NCBI GenBank assembly: GCA_030390025.1
Contig: CM059432.1
Coordinates: 44,456,001-44,520,000, forward strand
DNA: 64,000 bases
Source: Squalus acanthias
Taxonomy: Eukaryota
Direction of reading: 5' to 3'
Shown here: piece by piece, positions 39,514-52,055 of the stretch
Layout: every line of letters starts with the position of its first letter
How positions within the stretch are numbered: position 1 is the stretch's first letter
Made by a program: the position numbers and the translations under genes
The notes under the pieces: generated by a model
Database searches by the model: none
Seen by the model: the letters and a program-made list of their open reading frames with translations, nothing else
Told to the model about the DNA's origin: nothing

Positions 39514-39691
39514 AGTTTGAACGTTCCTCATCATCATTACCTACATAATTACCTAGCTATGGGTATGTGCATATTCATTAGTTCATGTGTTGCACTCAAA
39601 TCTCACTTCAACACTTTGAGCTAACATTCTTGGTAAAGAGGAACCTAATATTAGGGATTCATTGCCCTTTAGGAAATGTCCTATCATATAC
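39514..39691 (+). repeat. Copy 2 of the ~180-bp dispersed direct repeat
   Basis: Aligns to 11136-11323, with the last 30 bp inverted relative to copy 1. Confidence 0.9.
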
Positions 39692-40611
39692 CAGCAAGTG
39701 ACAGGTCTGAGGAGAAATATTTCTTTCACTATTTTCAGAGTACAGATTCCTAAGATTTTAGATAATTAAAAAAATCTCATAGCTCGAATTATTTTTCAAG
39801 CTTAAATACGGAATACCTCAACTTTGTTTAAAAATGCTATATCTTCACCCTGGATAAACTATTCACATTCAGCTGGTACTGAGTTTAGGCAGCCTGCAGT
39901 GCATAACCTTTTTATATCGATTAATTTGGAGAGGTGAAGATATATACGTGGCTCACTCCTGTGACTGGTCTGTAATGCTTACCTACATTTTATACATTTA
40001 AAATATTGTTTTGTTATGCAAGTTACTATATAAATACAAGTTGCTGTTGTTGTTGTTATATATCCAATAAGTTTCCCACCATTAGAATAACACTCTCATC
40101 CATGTACTGGCAATATATAGATGCCGTGACTATCTTTCCGCATCTGTTGTGTGACTGTCAATGGTACATACAGTTGGGTGAGAAGTAATTCTTATGCAAC
40201 ACTGTTCCTTGAATTCATCTCTCATTTTCCCTGGCCTTTCCAATTCTGCAGATTCTAATATATAGAGCTGGACTAGACCATCAATCCTGCTTGGTAGGGT
40301 ACTAGATGGTGTGGTGGGCCATAACATTATCCTTCACTATCTATGATCATTTGGAGGTGGAAGCAACTTTAGAAAAATTAGCCTTCCTGGCTATTTTTCA
40401 GCCAATCAAATCTCAAACTTAGAAGATTGACTTAGTTTTACCATGGATACATTCACACCAATCTTTCGGCATCAATACTTGAAAGAGTATTCCCACAGCC
40501 CCACAACACCGAGCAGTAAACTAGTCATCAGCACTTACAGGGTTAATAAAAAGTGTTTAACAGTTCCTACACTTATCGATTAATATTCTAGGCTAAAGTG
40601 TAAAACACTAG

Positions 40612-42376
40612 GGGGGGGAAATTTGTGTTGCCGCAAAGCGAACCGAGTGAAATTGGTCTGGGGGGTATGGAGATAGGTGGCGCAGTGCTCACCTTCCGTG
40701 CAACGCCGTCCTGGTGGCATTGCTGGAGGGATCCGGGACGAAGTTTCTGTCCATGACTGGCGTTGCAACTTCCCACAGCGTCTGTGAGCGAAGCTGTGGA
40801 GCTCGCAAGGAATTGTGAGCAATGAAGAGGTCTGAGAATTAAAGGGGCCATGCACACTAAAGCAATACAAAATAAAATGCAGTGAATCAATACATTTTTC
40901 AGCCCTTCTGTGTTTTAAGAATTATTCAATATTTAAAAGAAGTTCCAAATGTGAATATGCAGCTGTTAAAGCTGAATTACCTTCCTAACCTCAACAAATG
41001 GGGAAACTGCCTCAGCACTAACACAAATGGCTCAGCAAGCCAGGGATGGGGCCCACCGAGGGTCTCACACGCAGCACTCCAGTATTGTACAGGGGGTCAA
41101 CACTGCAAGAGCGGCCCTCTACCCACAGGGGCCAGGAGGCCCTCCAGAAAGAACGATGTGGGAGTACATCACTAAGGCCGTCACTGTCAGCAGTGTCGCC
41201 CCCCACCACCTTGCTCCAGTGCCCAAAGAAGCTTCATGACCTCAGACCACTGGTCAAGGTCAGTGAATGCATCTTCAAAAGCCGTCTCCTACCAACTGCA
41301 CCACTAGCCTCACACACTGCTCAATGCACAACCCCCAATCACTCACCTACCAACAATCTGCACCAATGATGAGGCACATCTCCCATTCCTAGCCTCACCT
41401 CACCCCCTTGGAGGAGATAGTGCAGGCCATTCTTGGCAGGGGCATTGTTGAGCCCTTGGCCAGCGGCGAGGCTGAAAGGATACAAGATGCGGGTATCCTC
41501 GTACATTATCCTCCTTCTGGCATGCACCTCTTGCTTTCCCACCCTCCTGTCAGCACAACTCCACCCTTGTGCTTGCCTCATTTCACACACCCAACAAATG
41601 CAGCCTGCCCAGCCAGTGGGTCAACAAAAAGAGGCAGCCTGCCCAGTCAGTGGGACTGCAGGCGGATGATTCCATCCCGGATATCCCAGCCACAAAGGGG
41701 CTGTCTGGGATGCATACTTCCGTCCGATTCTTCCTCTTCGGCTTCCTCCTCTTCTGCATCTTCCTCTTCCCTCTGCAAGCAGATGCTGTAAATGTGAAAT
41801 GACAGCATAAAATGCTGGAAATACTCAGTTGGTCAGGCAGCATATTGACCTAAGATGTGAACTCTGCTTTTCTCTCCACGGATGTTGCGTGACCTGCTGC
41901 GTATTCGCATCATGTTCTGTCTTCTCAAGGGCCTTCATTTACCATCCGAGCCCTTGCAAGTGTCCAGCAGCACTCCCTAAACACTTAAAAAACTTTTCAC
42001 ATCTATTGCAGCAAGCCACCACTTCAATAAAATCAAAAAAAAACCAGTCCAAACCCTTAAATTCAAACTTACCTGAATGATGTGTGTGTCCCTTTAAGAG
42101 CTGCAGACATCGCCACCGTCAACCTGGTGTGCTTAGGACCCAGCACTAGGGTCGAAGTTCGCGTTGCTGACATTAAGTTGGCTTTGCACGCTGATTGACG
42201 GCACCACACCGCCATTTTTTTTCCAAGGCATTGCCAGTTACCGGCAGCGCTAAGGGGGAGAGGAATATGGCGGCCGTCGCGGGACCTGCCACCAGCTGGT
42301 GAAAAAGCGGTGGCTGCCATTTTATCGCCATTTCATGGCGCTACGGAGTGGTGGTAAGTAAATGAATTTCTAGTCT
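40612..42376 (+). mobile_element. Degenerate Harbinger element with a remnant of the Myb/SANT-like DNA-binding ORF
   Basis: Imperfect GGG..GAAATT / GAATTTCTAG ends with TAG on both sides. Frameshifted peptide QGV..RAALYP..WEYI..AV..SSVAP / TLLQCPKKLHDL at 41027-41260. Confidence 0.65.
41805..41925. mobile_element. Inverted pair of short Penelope-like terminal-repeat remnants
   Basis: aaaatgctggaaatactcagttggtcaggcagcat is followed by its degenerate reverse complement gatgttgcgtgacctgctgcgtattcgcatcatgtt. Family assignment is from recall. Confidence 0.5.
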
Positions 42377-43580
42377 TAGTGTTATATGTTAGTTTGTCTT
42401 TTTTTAAATATGCCTGTAATTTATCTATCTAACTATTATAATTTTTTGAAAGATAGTAATATCCTGGCAACTAATACTGTCTTTATACTGGGAATATTGG
42501 TGCAGCCCTAGGAACGATTTGCAATGGTGTGGGCAGAGATTGACCAATAAAGGTGTATTTTCAGGTGAAATCTGGCAGGAGTGTACACACCACGAGGATT
42601 ATTTTAACTTGAGGTGCCCACCACCCACCCCTTGCTACAGCCATGAGGTCCAAACCATTTAGAGGCCTGGGCCTCATTTAGATGCAGCTGGTTAGTTGCA
42701 GGCACCAAACCAGCATTCCAAGGCAACGCGCCATTTGTGAGGTCAGGAAATTGGTCAGTTTCCATGCTGAGCTAGCTGATTGTCAGAGCCTGGGGGAAGC
42801 GATCACAGGGGGGGAGCTTGGAATGAGCCGGCAGTGGCCAAAGTTTTCCTGGCCCCACAAAAATGCAAGTTATTTTCTGTGCGGTCTCCAGCAGCTACCT
42901 TAAGGACCGCTGGGTAGGCCGTTTACAACCGGTACGCTCCGCCCATTTCTACCTCAAAATTGCAATTGAGGTCCTATGTATGTCATAGGAACCCAATTTG
43001 CATATTACAAGGGGCTTCCCGCCGGAAACAGGCGGGCGCTCCAGCCGCCCAGCTCAGGACCTTACCCACGATGCAAGCAGCTTGAGTGCTTGCGTAAATC
43101 GGGGCAGTAAGTGACCCAGCACCATTTGTGGCTGTTACTGACCTGTTTACACTCAGCAGGCACCCTTAAAACTGCCCCCCCCCCCCCCGCCCACACAGGT
43201 TTATGATATAGAATCACTGCTTGGAGGTGATTTCACAACCATGCCACTTGTTAAATTGAGGAAGCACCAGCAACATCATAGTATTACAGTGTGGTAAAAA
43301 TTACCGGAGCTTAAATTGCGAGAATAGACTTCCAGTGAGGAGTCTCACTCTATGAGAGTGCAGACCAAAGAACTGGTTGTAGAGATTAGCGCACCCTAAT
43401 CACAGTGCTTCTGATTGTATAGCCATCATTTTATAGCCATCATCAACCCCAAATTGTCTTGCAATTTTGGGGCTACAGTGCCACATTGGCCAAAATGGCA
43501 TAAGATTTTGGATTTAAAAATCTTTTGAACCTATTTCATCAAATATCTTTAAATAATAAATATAAAGCAGTTGTACTCAC

Positions 43581-43678
43581 TTTCTTTGTTTTGTCCATTG
43601 CCTTTAATATAGAAATATTCAAATCCTCCAGCGCTGCCAAGACATTCTCATACTCTCCTAAGTGTTGAGAAAAGTACT
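43581..43678 (-). CDS. NECAB1: NECAB1 (N-terminal EF-hand calcium-binding protein 1) internal coding exon, 98 nt
   Basis: Minus strand reads ttttttcAG|AG TAC TTT TCT...ACA AAG AAA|GTgagt. Translation (E)[32 protein letters not shown] is almost identical to the human NECAB1 segment as I recall it ([33 protein letters not shown]). Acceptor and donor are canonical. The upstream part of ORF 43539..43748 (MEGWKDY...) is intronic. Confidence 0.93.
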
Positions 43679-44446
43679 CTGAAAAAAATGCATGGTTTTC
43701 ATTTAGACAACGAGCCAGTACAGCACTGTAATCTTTCCAGCCTTCCATCTGTGTACAAAAGCCATTTGTTTCAGTTCTGTTCCCATTGCAAATTACTTTA
43801 CAGACAGCAGAACACTTCTACCTCAAAATAAACCATGCACTGCTGCTCAATCATTTTATAAAGGCATTTGCATTAGAAATATTCATGGTTCAATTTGTTC
43901 TGCTGTTTCTTTGAATTGTTTATATAAAAGTGTGAAAATGAACTGAGAAGACAGCATTGTTCAATCGAATTTCTTATATATTTTTAATTCAGTAGCAATA
44001 AATGTATCCTTTTAGTTTTCTAAATGTGGTGGAATAAAAAGATGTTCTATTTCATACCCTTTGTCGATGCAATATATTTTAATCTTTTGCATTCAGCTAC
44101 AGCAGAGAAATTGAGGACCATTTCAATCTGGTGACAGTATCATTAATATAGTTTACGAGGTGCTACTGTTACAAAAATAAGAACATATGAACAATGACGG
44201 ACAGGTAAAGACCCCCTGCTCCATCAAGCCTGTCCCACACAATTGCAATACCTTGTGTATCACAATATATACACTCCACCCCACCCGAAACCATCTGATC
44301 TCCTCGGAGAGGTGAAAAACCAGTGAAAAAACCCAGGCCAATTTGGGGGTAAAACATCTGGGAAATTGTTCTCTGACCCATCTAGGCGATTGAAACTAGT
44401 CCAGGAGATCACTCTGTCCCTGAATTCCCTACAGTACCAAACTTCT

Positions 44447-44592
44447 CTGCACAGGCATTGTTCTCTGTCTATATCTGCTGTGCCCATTTGTATTTCTTCA
44501 CTTCACCTGACGAAGGAGCAGCGCTCCGAAAGCTTGTGATTTCAAATAAAGCTGTTGGACTATAACCTGGTGTTGTGCGACTTCTCACTTTT
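44447..44592 (+). mobile_element. 146-bp Penelope-like terminal-repeat insertion carrying a hammerhead motif
   Basis: Exact 12-bp TSD TACCAAACTTCT (44435-44446 and 44593-44604). Contains CTGACGA..GAAA, AATAAA and a T-rich end. Confidence 0.8.
44503..44539 (+). ncRNA. Minimal type I hammerhead ribozyme motif
   Basis: TCAC-CTGACGA-A-GGAGC-agc-GCTCC-GAAA-GC-T-T-GTGA. Conserved CUGANGA and GAAA boxes, 5-bp stem II, palindromic AGCT stem III and TCAC/GTGA stem I. Confidence 0.75.
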
Positions 44593-46034
44593 TACCAAAC
44601 TTCTGTAAGAGGTGATCTCCGCCCAGCCAGAAACAAATCCAGCTCTCGCTTGAAGGAATTCAGCGAATCAGCATCCACCGCATGAGGCGGCAGCCTGTTC
44701 CAGAGATCTACTATTCTCTGGGAAAAGAACCACCTCCTGACATCTAACCTAGATCTGGCCTTATACAACTTAAATTTGTGACCCCTGGTCCTCCCTAACC
44801 TATTTAATTGAAACAAACTTAACTGGAACACAATCTATTCCCTTCGTTATCTTATAAACCTCAATCAGTTCACCTCTAAGTCTACGCTGCTCTAAAGTGT
44901 ACAGTCCCAACTCTTTTTGCCTATCTTGATAACTAAGATGCTTTAAACTGGGAATGAGTCTAGTGGCCCTCTTCTGCACCCTTTCCAAAGCCTCACTATC
45001 ACCCACCATGTGAGGAGACCAAAACTGGACACAGTATTCCAAGTGCGGCCTGACTAAGGTCTTGTAAAAGGATAAAATTGTATGCCTCATCTTATACTCA
45101 ATTGTGCTATGGATACACTCCAACACTCTATTTGCTCTAGCTATCGCTTCATGGCATTGCTCATGTACCTTTAAAGATGTATGCACGAGAATGCCCAAAT
45201 CTCTTTCTATCTCCACCTTCTTTAATGCTTTTCCCTGAAGGGTGTATAAATGTTGAGTATTTGCCCTGCCCACATCCATAACACTGCACTTATCCAACTT
45301 ATACATCATTGGCCAGTCATGAGCCCAATAAGAAAGCATGGAAAGGCATTTGGCCGAACAAAGCACATACAATCCTCTCCACCATGAACTCAACCCAACT
45401 TCATTTAACACCTGAGGAAAGGCTCTGCAAGTTTCTTCCTGCCCTGCCTAAAGGTAAATCAGGCAAGGCTCTGGATACCTCAATGAGCTTTCATCCTGGA
45501 TAGTACGTCATTGCTCTTATCCATAATTCACCTTTCCATTGTCCTCTTACCTATTTTAGAGTTTGTAGGTTCTACAATTTGTATCTGAATAGCTCTATTG
45601 ATAGCACTTTCAAATATTGCCCCCCATTTAGATCTAGAGCTATTCATTAGCTGCTATTGGCTTGGATTTTGCGGTAAGAATAATGCTGATGCTATCAGCG
45701 CTCACCATTATTATGGAGTAAATTGGACAGCAACTTTTGGCGTCCATACATGTGCAGTTAAATGCGGAAACCCGGAAGTTGCTGTGCTCCTCCACAAGCT
45801 GCGCTACACCGGTACCTCGACATTGAAATACATGAAGGGCATCAAGTTGTTGTACTTACCCGCTATTTACCCACTAAACACGCTTTTTTAATTGAATTTT
45901 TAATGGCGTGCTAAGTCTTAATTACTACCTAACAACCGCACTGGTCCTGAAAATTTAATTTTATAAGTGTGGAGTCTCATTCCTTCAGAATTTAATTATT
46001 GTTGGAGATTTTTTTTTAAATTAAATCTTTATAT

Positions 46035-46267
46035 TGTGGCGGATCGCCACCTAAACGGGCGCAATCCACTTTTCCGTCCGTGGACAATAAATCGGGCACC
46101 TTGCCTTTAAGGCGCATGCTGCCTTTAAGGCAGGGAAAAAAGGAGTGGGCGTGGCCCTCAGAGTTTGCAGAGAAATGTTAGCAGCCATTTTACCAGAGAT
46201 GTGATTAAAAGCCATGTGTTCCACTTATTGACTCGGCTTCAATTCGTGCTTCGCGGCAGCCACAACA
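46035..46267 (+). mobile_element. Short solo LTR (233 bp)
   Basis: TGT...ACA termini, exact 4-bp TSD ATAT, ATTAAA about 60 bp from the 3' end, CpG-rich. Confidence 0.75.
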
Positions 46268-46384
46268 ATATTATGATCACTATTACCCAGATGTTCTCCC
46301 ACTGCAACACACTCCACTTTCCCTACTTCATTGCCCAGAACTAGATCCAGCACGGTTTCCATCCTCGTTGGGCTAGGAATATAC

Positions 46385-46828
46385 TAGAACATAAGAAATA
46401 GGAACAGGAGTAGGCCATTCGGCTCTTCAAGCCTGCTCTGCCATTCAATGAGATCATGGCTGATCTTCTGCCTCAATTCCATTCACCGGCCTTATCGCCA
46501 TATCCCTTGATGCCCTTACTAGTCAGAAATCTATCAACTTCTGTTTTGAATATACCCAATGACTGAGCCTCCACAGCCCTCTGGGGTAGAGAATTCCAAA
46601 GATTCACCACCCTCTGTGTGAAGAAATTTCTTCTCATCTCAGCCCTGAATGGCCTACCCTTTATCCTAAGGCTGTGGCCCCTGGTTCTAGACTCCCCAGC
46701 CAAGGGAAACATTCTCCCAGCATCCATCCTATCAAGCCCTGTAATAATTTTGTATGCTTCAATAAGATCCCCTCTCATTCTTCTGAATTCAAGAGAATAC
46801 AGGCCTAGTTTACTCAATCCCTCCTGCC
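46385..46828 (-). mobile_element. CR1 LINE 3' fragment
   Basis: ORF 46473..46832 LGLYSLEFRRMRGDLIE...FFTQRVVNLWNSLP, plus the CR1 tail. Confidence 0.9.
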
Positions 46829-47900
46829 TCAAACGTGATTAAGAACGTTCTCCTGTACACATTTTAGGAATTCTTCACCCTCCTTGCCCTTTACTCTGTT
46901 TTTCCCCCAGTCTATATTAGGGTAATTGAATACCCTTACTATTACTACCCTATTATTTTTATATTTCTCTGAAATTTGCCTACAGATTTGCTCCTCTATC
47001 TCCTTCTCACTATTTCGGGATCTATAGTAAACACCCAGCAATGCAACAGCTCATTTTCTGTTCCTTAACTACAATCGGATTCAGTCTTTGAACCCTTTAG
47101 TATATTGTCTCTTTGTAGAACTGTAATATTATCCTTAATCAATACTGCCACCAACTCCCTGTCTTTTTTCCTTCTCTATCTTTCCTGAATACATTGTAAC
47201 CAAAAATGTTTTGTTCCTATCCTTGCCCATGTTTAAGCTAAGTCTCCATTGTAGCCATTATATCATAATCCCATGTGGCAACTTGAGTCTGTAGCACGTC
47301 AGCCTTATTTGTAACACTCCTTGCATTAACACACATACATTCTAACACCATGCTAGCCTGCTTTGCTTTTTTTCCACCATCTAATTCCTGCTCCTTCTAC
47401 ACTATTCTTTGTTCTGTTGCTGTTTGTCCCTCCTAGTTTTCTTTGCACCTTGTCTCTCCTCTCTACTGCTGCTTCCTGGTGCCCCTCCCCCTGCCAAATT
47501 AGTTTAAATCCTCCCCCAGAGCACTACTTAACCTTGCCACAAGGACATTGGTCCCAGCCCTGTGCAAATTGTCCGGCTTGTACAAGTCCCTCCTGCCTCA
47601 GAACTGTTCCCAATGCCCCAGGAATCTGAAGCCCTCCTTCCTAGACCACTTCTCCAGCCACGCATTCACCTGCATTATCTTTCTGTTTATGTACTCACTA
47701 GCATGTGGCACTGGGAGTAATCCAGGGATTACCACCTTTGAGATCCTGTACTTTAATCTTTTTTGTAGCTCCTAAAACTCTGCCTGTAGGACCTCAACCC
47801 TTTTTCTACCTATGTCATTGGTTCCACCATGAAGCATGACTTTTGGCTGTTCCCCTTCCCCTCGCAGAATGTCCTGCACTAGTTCAGTGATATCCTTCAT
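46829..47900 (-). mobile_element. Older CR1 fragment (APE endonuclease region and upstream ORF1 remnant)
   Basis: ORF 46829..47041 GVYYR...EEQICRQI...VVIV..FNYPNIDW resembles the CR1 endonuclease domain. Confidence 0.7.
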
Positions 47901-48564
47901 AATACCTACCCCATCCTCTTCTAACAGTATGATTTAACTTCAACCTTGGAAGAACATGTTCTACTGCACTAATGTGACATTTCCATGAGCCATTGTGCAG
48001 CACTATGATTCAATCTATCAATGCTGTTCTAACTAGCCAAAAATTAATTGTGGATTCACTCCAGATCACTATGAACGTTCATTTGACTTCAGGCCCTCAC
48101 AGTAATCAGGAAAAGGAGACTATTCACCCTATTCATCAGCATTGAATCAAATTCAAATTCCAAAAGCAAATGCACAATTTTCTAATCCACCATCCACTTC
48201 ATCAAAAATTAATTCCCCTTTGACTTCATCATCCACAGGTTCCAGAAATGAGTGTGCGGAGACTATAGAATTTACAATGAACCTGATATTTTAGAGAACC
48301 TTTGGTGGAAGAAAACCTAAAATTACAAATGGATGAGAGTTTTAAACTACGTAACTTGTAGTCACTGGATGAAAGCTCATAAATGTGATTTTAATTAATC
48401 TTCCTTGGAGTACTACCATCACTCAGGCATAAATAATACAAACCAAACATCAAAGAAATATTGAGGATCTGCAGAGGGACCCAGTAGTTCACAACATAAA
48501 CTTCCAAATAATTTCAGGCATGTAACACATTTGGGGGAATGAATTTCCTTTTAACAGACTGAAA

Positions 48565-49332
48565 GGGCTAGAAATTCCATTACGCCCCGTTTGGGGTGAT
48601 AACTTTTGAAATCTGAGAAAATTATCGCCAGGCGATAATCCTTTTTTGATCCCGGGAACTTCAGCTTTAGTGCTCCAAGAGGGAGTGGAGTGCTAAATCA
48701 AGCGCTAACCACTTCTCTTAGGGCGCTAAAGTATGTGAGAGGGGCGGTAGCGGCAGAGCGCTGAAGAATGTGCAGTGCAGTGCTACCGGCATCAGAGGCT
48801 CCTTCGCTCACTTAAAGGGAAAGGCCAATGATGGTTTGCAACATTCTTCTTCTTAGTTCTGTGGGGCCAGGGGATCTGCGCGACTTCCTTACAGCCCCAA
48901 TCACTCTCAGAGAGTGGAGGGCTTAGGCATAGCGCAGCAATGAGGCTTCACAAACTTTCAGCAGGCACCAGACTGGTGCGAAGAATAAAGTTTGGGCTAT
49001 TTGACCACCACTGCCTTTAATTATCACTCCCCAAGTGGTCAGCCGAGGTGACAACACCTCCTGTTGCTGCCGTTGTTGACGCCCAGCGATGCAGCAGGGG
49101 GCGGGAGCGAATTTCACATCCGGGGCGGTAACGGGGCGCTGCGCACTTGATGACGTCACGATTTGCGGGGCGCTAGAGACCGAGGCGGTAAGTGTTAGCG
49201 CCAGCACAAAACCGCCAGGGAAGTTCGCGGGCATCGCTGAATTTGCCGCGCCCGGTCGGTAACCTCTTAGCGCCCCGTTACCGCCCCCCGCAGGCACTAA
49301 CAGGAGGCGCAAAGCAGCTGAATTTCTAGCCC
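48565..49332. mobile_element. Non-autonomous PIF/Harbinger-like DNA transposon
   Basis: TIRs GGGCTAGAAATTC / GAATTTCTAGCCC and 3-bp TSD AAA. Collinear similarity with 3621-4519. Confidence 0.85.
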
Positions 49333-50212
49333 AAAGTGTATTAAATTAGAATTTGTCTTTTTTCTCCACTTTTAGCATACCCGCAGGAACACACAGCTCT
49401 TTCGGTGAGGTTGATTGCATTATGGCAGAAGTGCAGCAGGACGGGACTTCTAGCCAAAACTGTGCACTGCCCAAAATTGCAGGGATAGTCAGGATGGATT
49501 GCCTGCAAATATGCAACAAAGACGCAGTAAATTGGAATAGTAGCCTGCCATTGTGGGATCAATTACAATTGTCTCTGAACATTTACGGCACACCAAAGGA
49601 GCCAAATAAAATTAGAATGCACCCGTAAATCTATGTAATAATGCCGTTGAGCCACTGCTCCCCATGCATTAAGTTAGCTCAAGTTGGCTGGTTCTCCTGT
49701 GTAGTGCACACGCCTCTAGTGGTTTTGTTCTGATTGGCTCAGGAAAAATGTGGGAAATCTGATATACCCAGAAAGCTGTGCAGTAGCTCATAATGGCTTT
49801 ACATGTATAGAAATAAAATCATAGCCTGTGAAAAAACAAAGTTTTCAGGAGTGTTGATTATTGTCCATTTCATATAGCTCCTTAATAACAAGTATCACAG
49901 AATAGACTTGTTAGCAACATTAAAGCCCATGGGATTAAAGGGACAGTGGCACTATGAATACAAAATTGACTAAGGGACAGAAAGCAGAGAGTAGTGGTGA
50001 ACGCTTATTTTTCAGATTGAAGTGTGGTATACAGTAGTGTTCTGCAGGGGTCAGTATTCGGACTGCTGCTCTTTTTGATACTGGGAAATGACAAATCATG
50101 CACGTATTCCAATCCTTAAGCCAACTCCTGTGCTTAGTTCAAAAAGAATAATTTTGACACATCACAACTTATAAAAGGACATGATTTTCAGGCACCCCTT
50201 CTGCATCTTGAA

Positions 50213-50400
50213 GGGGGTCATTTTAATCTAATCCACTGGGTGTGAAATGGGTGGGTTCAGATCAGGCACCCGTTTTACACCACACCTGATTTTACACTGC
50301 ATTCACTTCATCGGAGCATAAAACCAGGAAGGTTGTAAAACAGGCGTCCGACCTGAACCCGCCTGTTTCCTGCCAGGTGGGTTAGTTTAAAATGACCCCC
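50213..50400. mobile_element. Fold-back MITE (~190 bp)
   Basis: GGGGGTCATTTTAA...TTAAAATGACCCCC, with imperfect pairing continuing through the interior (gggttcag/ctgaaccc, gttttaca/tgtaaaac). Confidence 0.8.
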
Positions 50401-51213
50401 TTAATGTCTGTATTTTATGGTAAAGATAAAATCACCATGTCACACTGGTAGCAGATTGAATGTCAACAGATGGAATACATTTTGTCAGTGCTGTTAGTAA
50501 ATGCATGCGTACATAATCATTTATAATGCAAAGTTAACGTCCTGGAAAACCACAGGGCTGCAATCTATGGAGTTACACCACAGGATTGTGCCCACTGTCG
50601 AACGCTACAACTAACACCACTGAAGTTTGTGCAGGTCTTTGGCAGTGTGGGAGAACTCTCAACTTAAGGAGTCCCCACCCACGGCCCCACATCCCGATAT
50701 TGATGGTCTTTAGTGGTGGGTGGAGGCTCAGCCATCCGGGGAACACACACTTTAGGCAGGGACGCTGGGTCTTGACTGAGTGCACAGCCACTCTGGTGGA
50801 TTCCTCCTGGACTAACAGTGGGAGTCCACTAGAATGGCCTCATAATTTTGGGCCCAAGAATTTTACAGAATTTTGTGGTGCCACTCTTCAGCTTTGCCTT
50901 TTCATATGTAGTTATGTTGCATCACAGAAACATAACACACATTGTGCCCTACGAACCCACATGAGGTATTTGTGTCAGGTTCAACTCTTTCCCATTAGCA
51001 CAACCTGCCATTTTCTACAATCTCCTTTGCACTCCATGTCCTTTTATCAGTTTTCCTGCTATCCAGAATGCTGGCTTAGTCTGTTGTAGGTCACTTTTCA
51101 TACTTTCCTATTGCTAAAACTGCTCTAATAGGAAACCTATATGCCTTTCGTATTAAAGGTCAAACACCATCAACAATCTACCTTATATAACATAGAAAGA
51201 AGTAACTTGCATT

Positions 51214-51660
51214 GTGGCTCAGTGGGTAGAACTCTCATCTCTGAGTCAGAAGGTTGTGGGTTCAAAGTTCCACTCCAGAGACTTTAGCTCAAAATGTAGG
51301 CTGACACTGCAATGTAGTACTGAGGGAGTGCTGCAAAGTCAGAGGTACTGTCTTTCAGATGAGACGTTAAACTGAGGTCCCACCTTCCCTCTCAGGTGAT
51401 GTGAAATATCCCATGGCACTATTTTGAAGCAGGGGAGTTCTCCCTGGTCTCCTGGCCAATATTTATCCGTTATCCAACACCTAAAAAAACAGATGATCTG
51501 GCCATTATCACATTGCTGATTGTGGGACCTTGCTGTGCAAATTGGCTGCTGCATTTCCTACATTACAACAGTGACTCCACTTCAAAAGTACTTCATTGGC
51601 TGTAAAGCGCTTTGGGATGACCTGAGGTTGTGAAAGGTGCTATATTAATGCAAGTCTTTT
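51214..51660 (+). mobile_element. SacSINE1/AmnSINE1-like Deu-domain SINE
   Basis: tRNA head (GTGGCTCAGTGG, GGTTCAAA), Deu core gtactgagggagtgctgca..tctttcagatgagacgttaaac and an L2-type tail tgtaaagcgctttggga. Confidence 0.85.
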
Positions 51661-52055
51661 TTTTATACAGTGCCCTTCATGTCCTCAGGACATTCCAAAG
51701 TACTTCATAGTCAATGAATTGCTTTTGTGGCAAACACAGCAGCCAATTTGCACATGGCAAGATCGCACAAACTGCAATAGATAATAGTGTTTTGTTGGTT
51801 TTGGGTGAGGGATAAATGTTGGCCAGGACAGCAGAAGAACTCCCTTACTCTTCTTCAAATAGTGCTGTGGGATCTCTTCCAACCACCTCAGCAGGCAGAC
51901 GGGCCTCAGTTTAACATTTCATCCGAGAGACACCACCTCCAACAGTGCAGCCCTCCCACAGCCTACATTATGCGTCCATGTCTCTGGAGTAGGGCTTGAA
52001 CCCACAAGCTTCTGATTCAGAGGTGAGAGCACTACCATTGAACCAAGGCTGACAC
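51661..52055 (-). mobile_element. Deu-domain SINE, older copy in opposite orientation (its tail remnant is at ~51195-51213)
   Basis: Reverse-complement similarity to 51214-51660. Confidence 0.8.

Larger units (their letters stand above)
44172..45330 (-). mobile_element. CR1-like LINE 3' portion (interrupted at 44447-44592)
   Basis: ORFs 44800..45411 (YKTLVRPHLEYCVQFWSP..LERVQKRATRLIP) and 44592..44831 (RTRGHKFKL..FFSQRIVDLWN). Confidence 0.88.

Noticed and set aside
1..43500. Next NECAB1 exon (DYQEASNLEQFVTRFLLKETL..., recalled)
   Set aside because: No matching minus-strand sequence found by eye, so it probably lies outside the window. TBLASTN would settle this.
43679..43748. N-terminal extension [23 protein letters not shown] as part of the protein
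   Set aside because: It lies upstream of a canonical polypyrimidine-AG acceptor. NECAB1 similarity starts exactly at the splice site.
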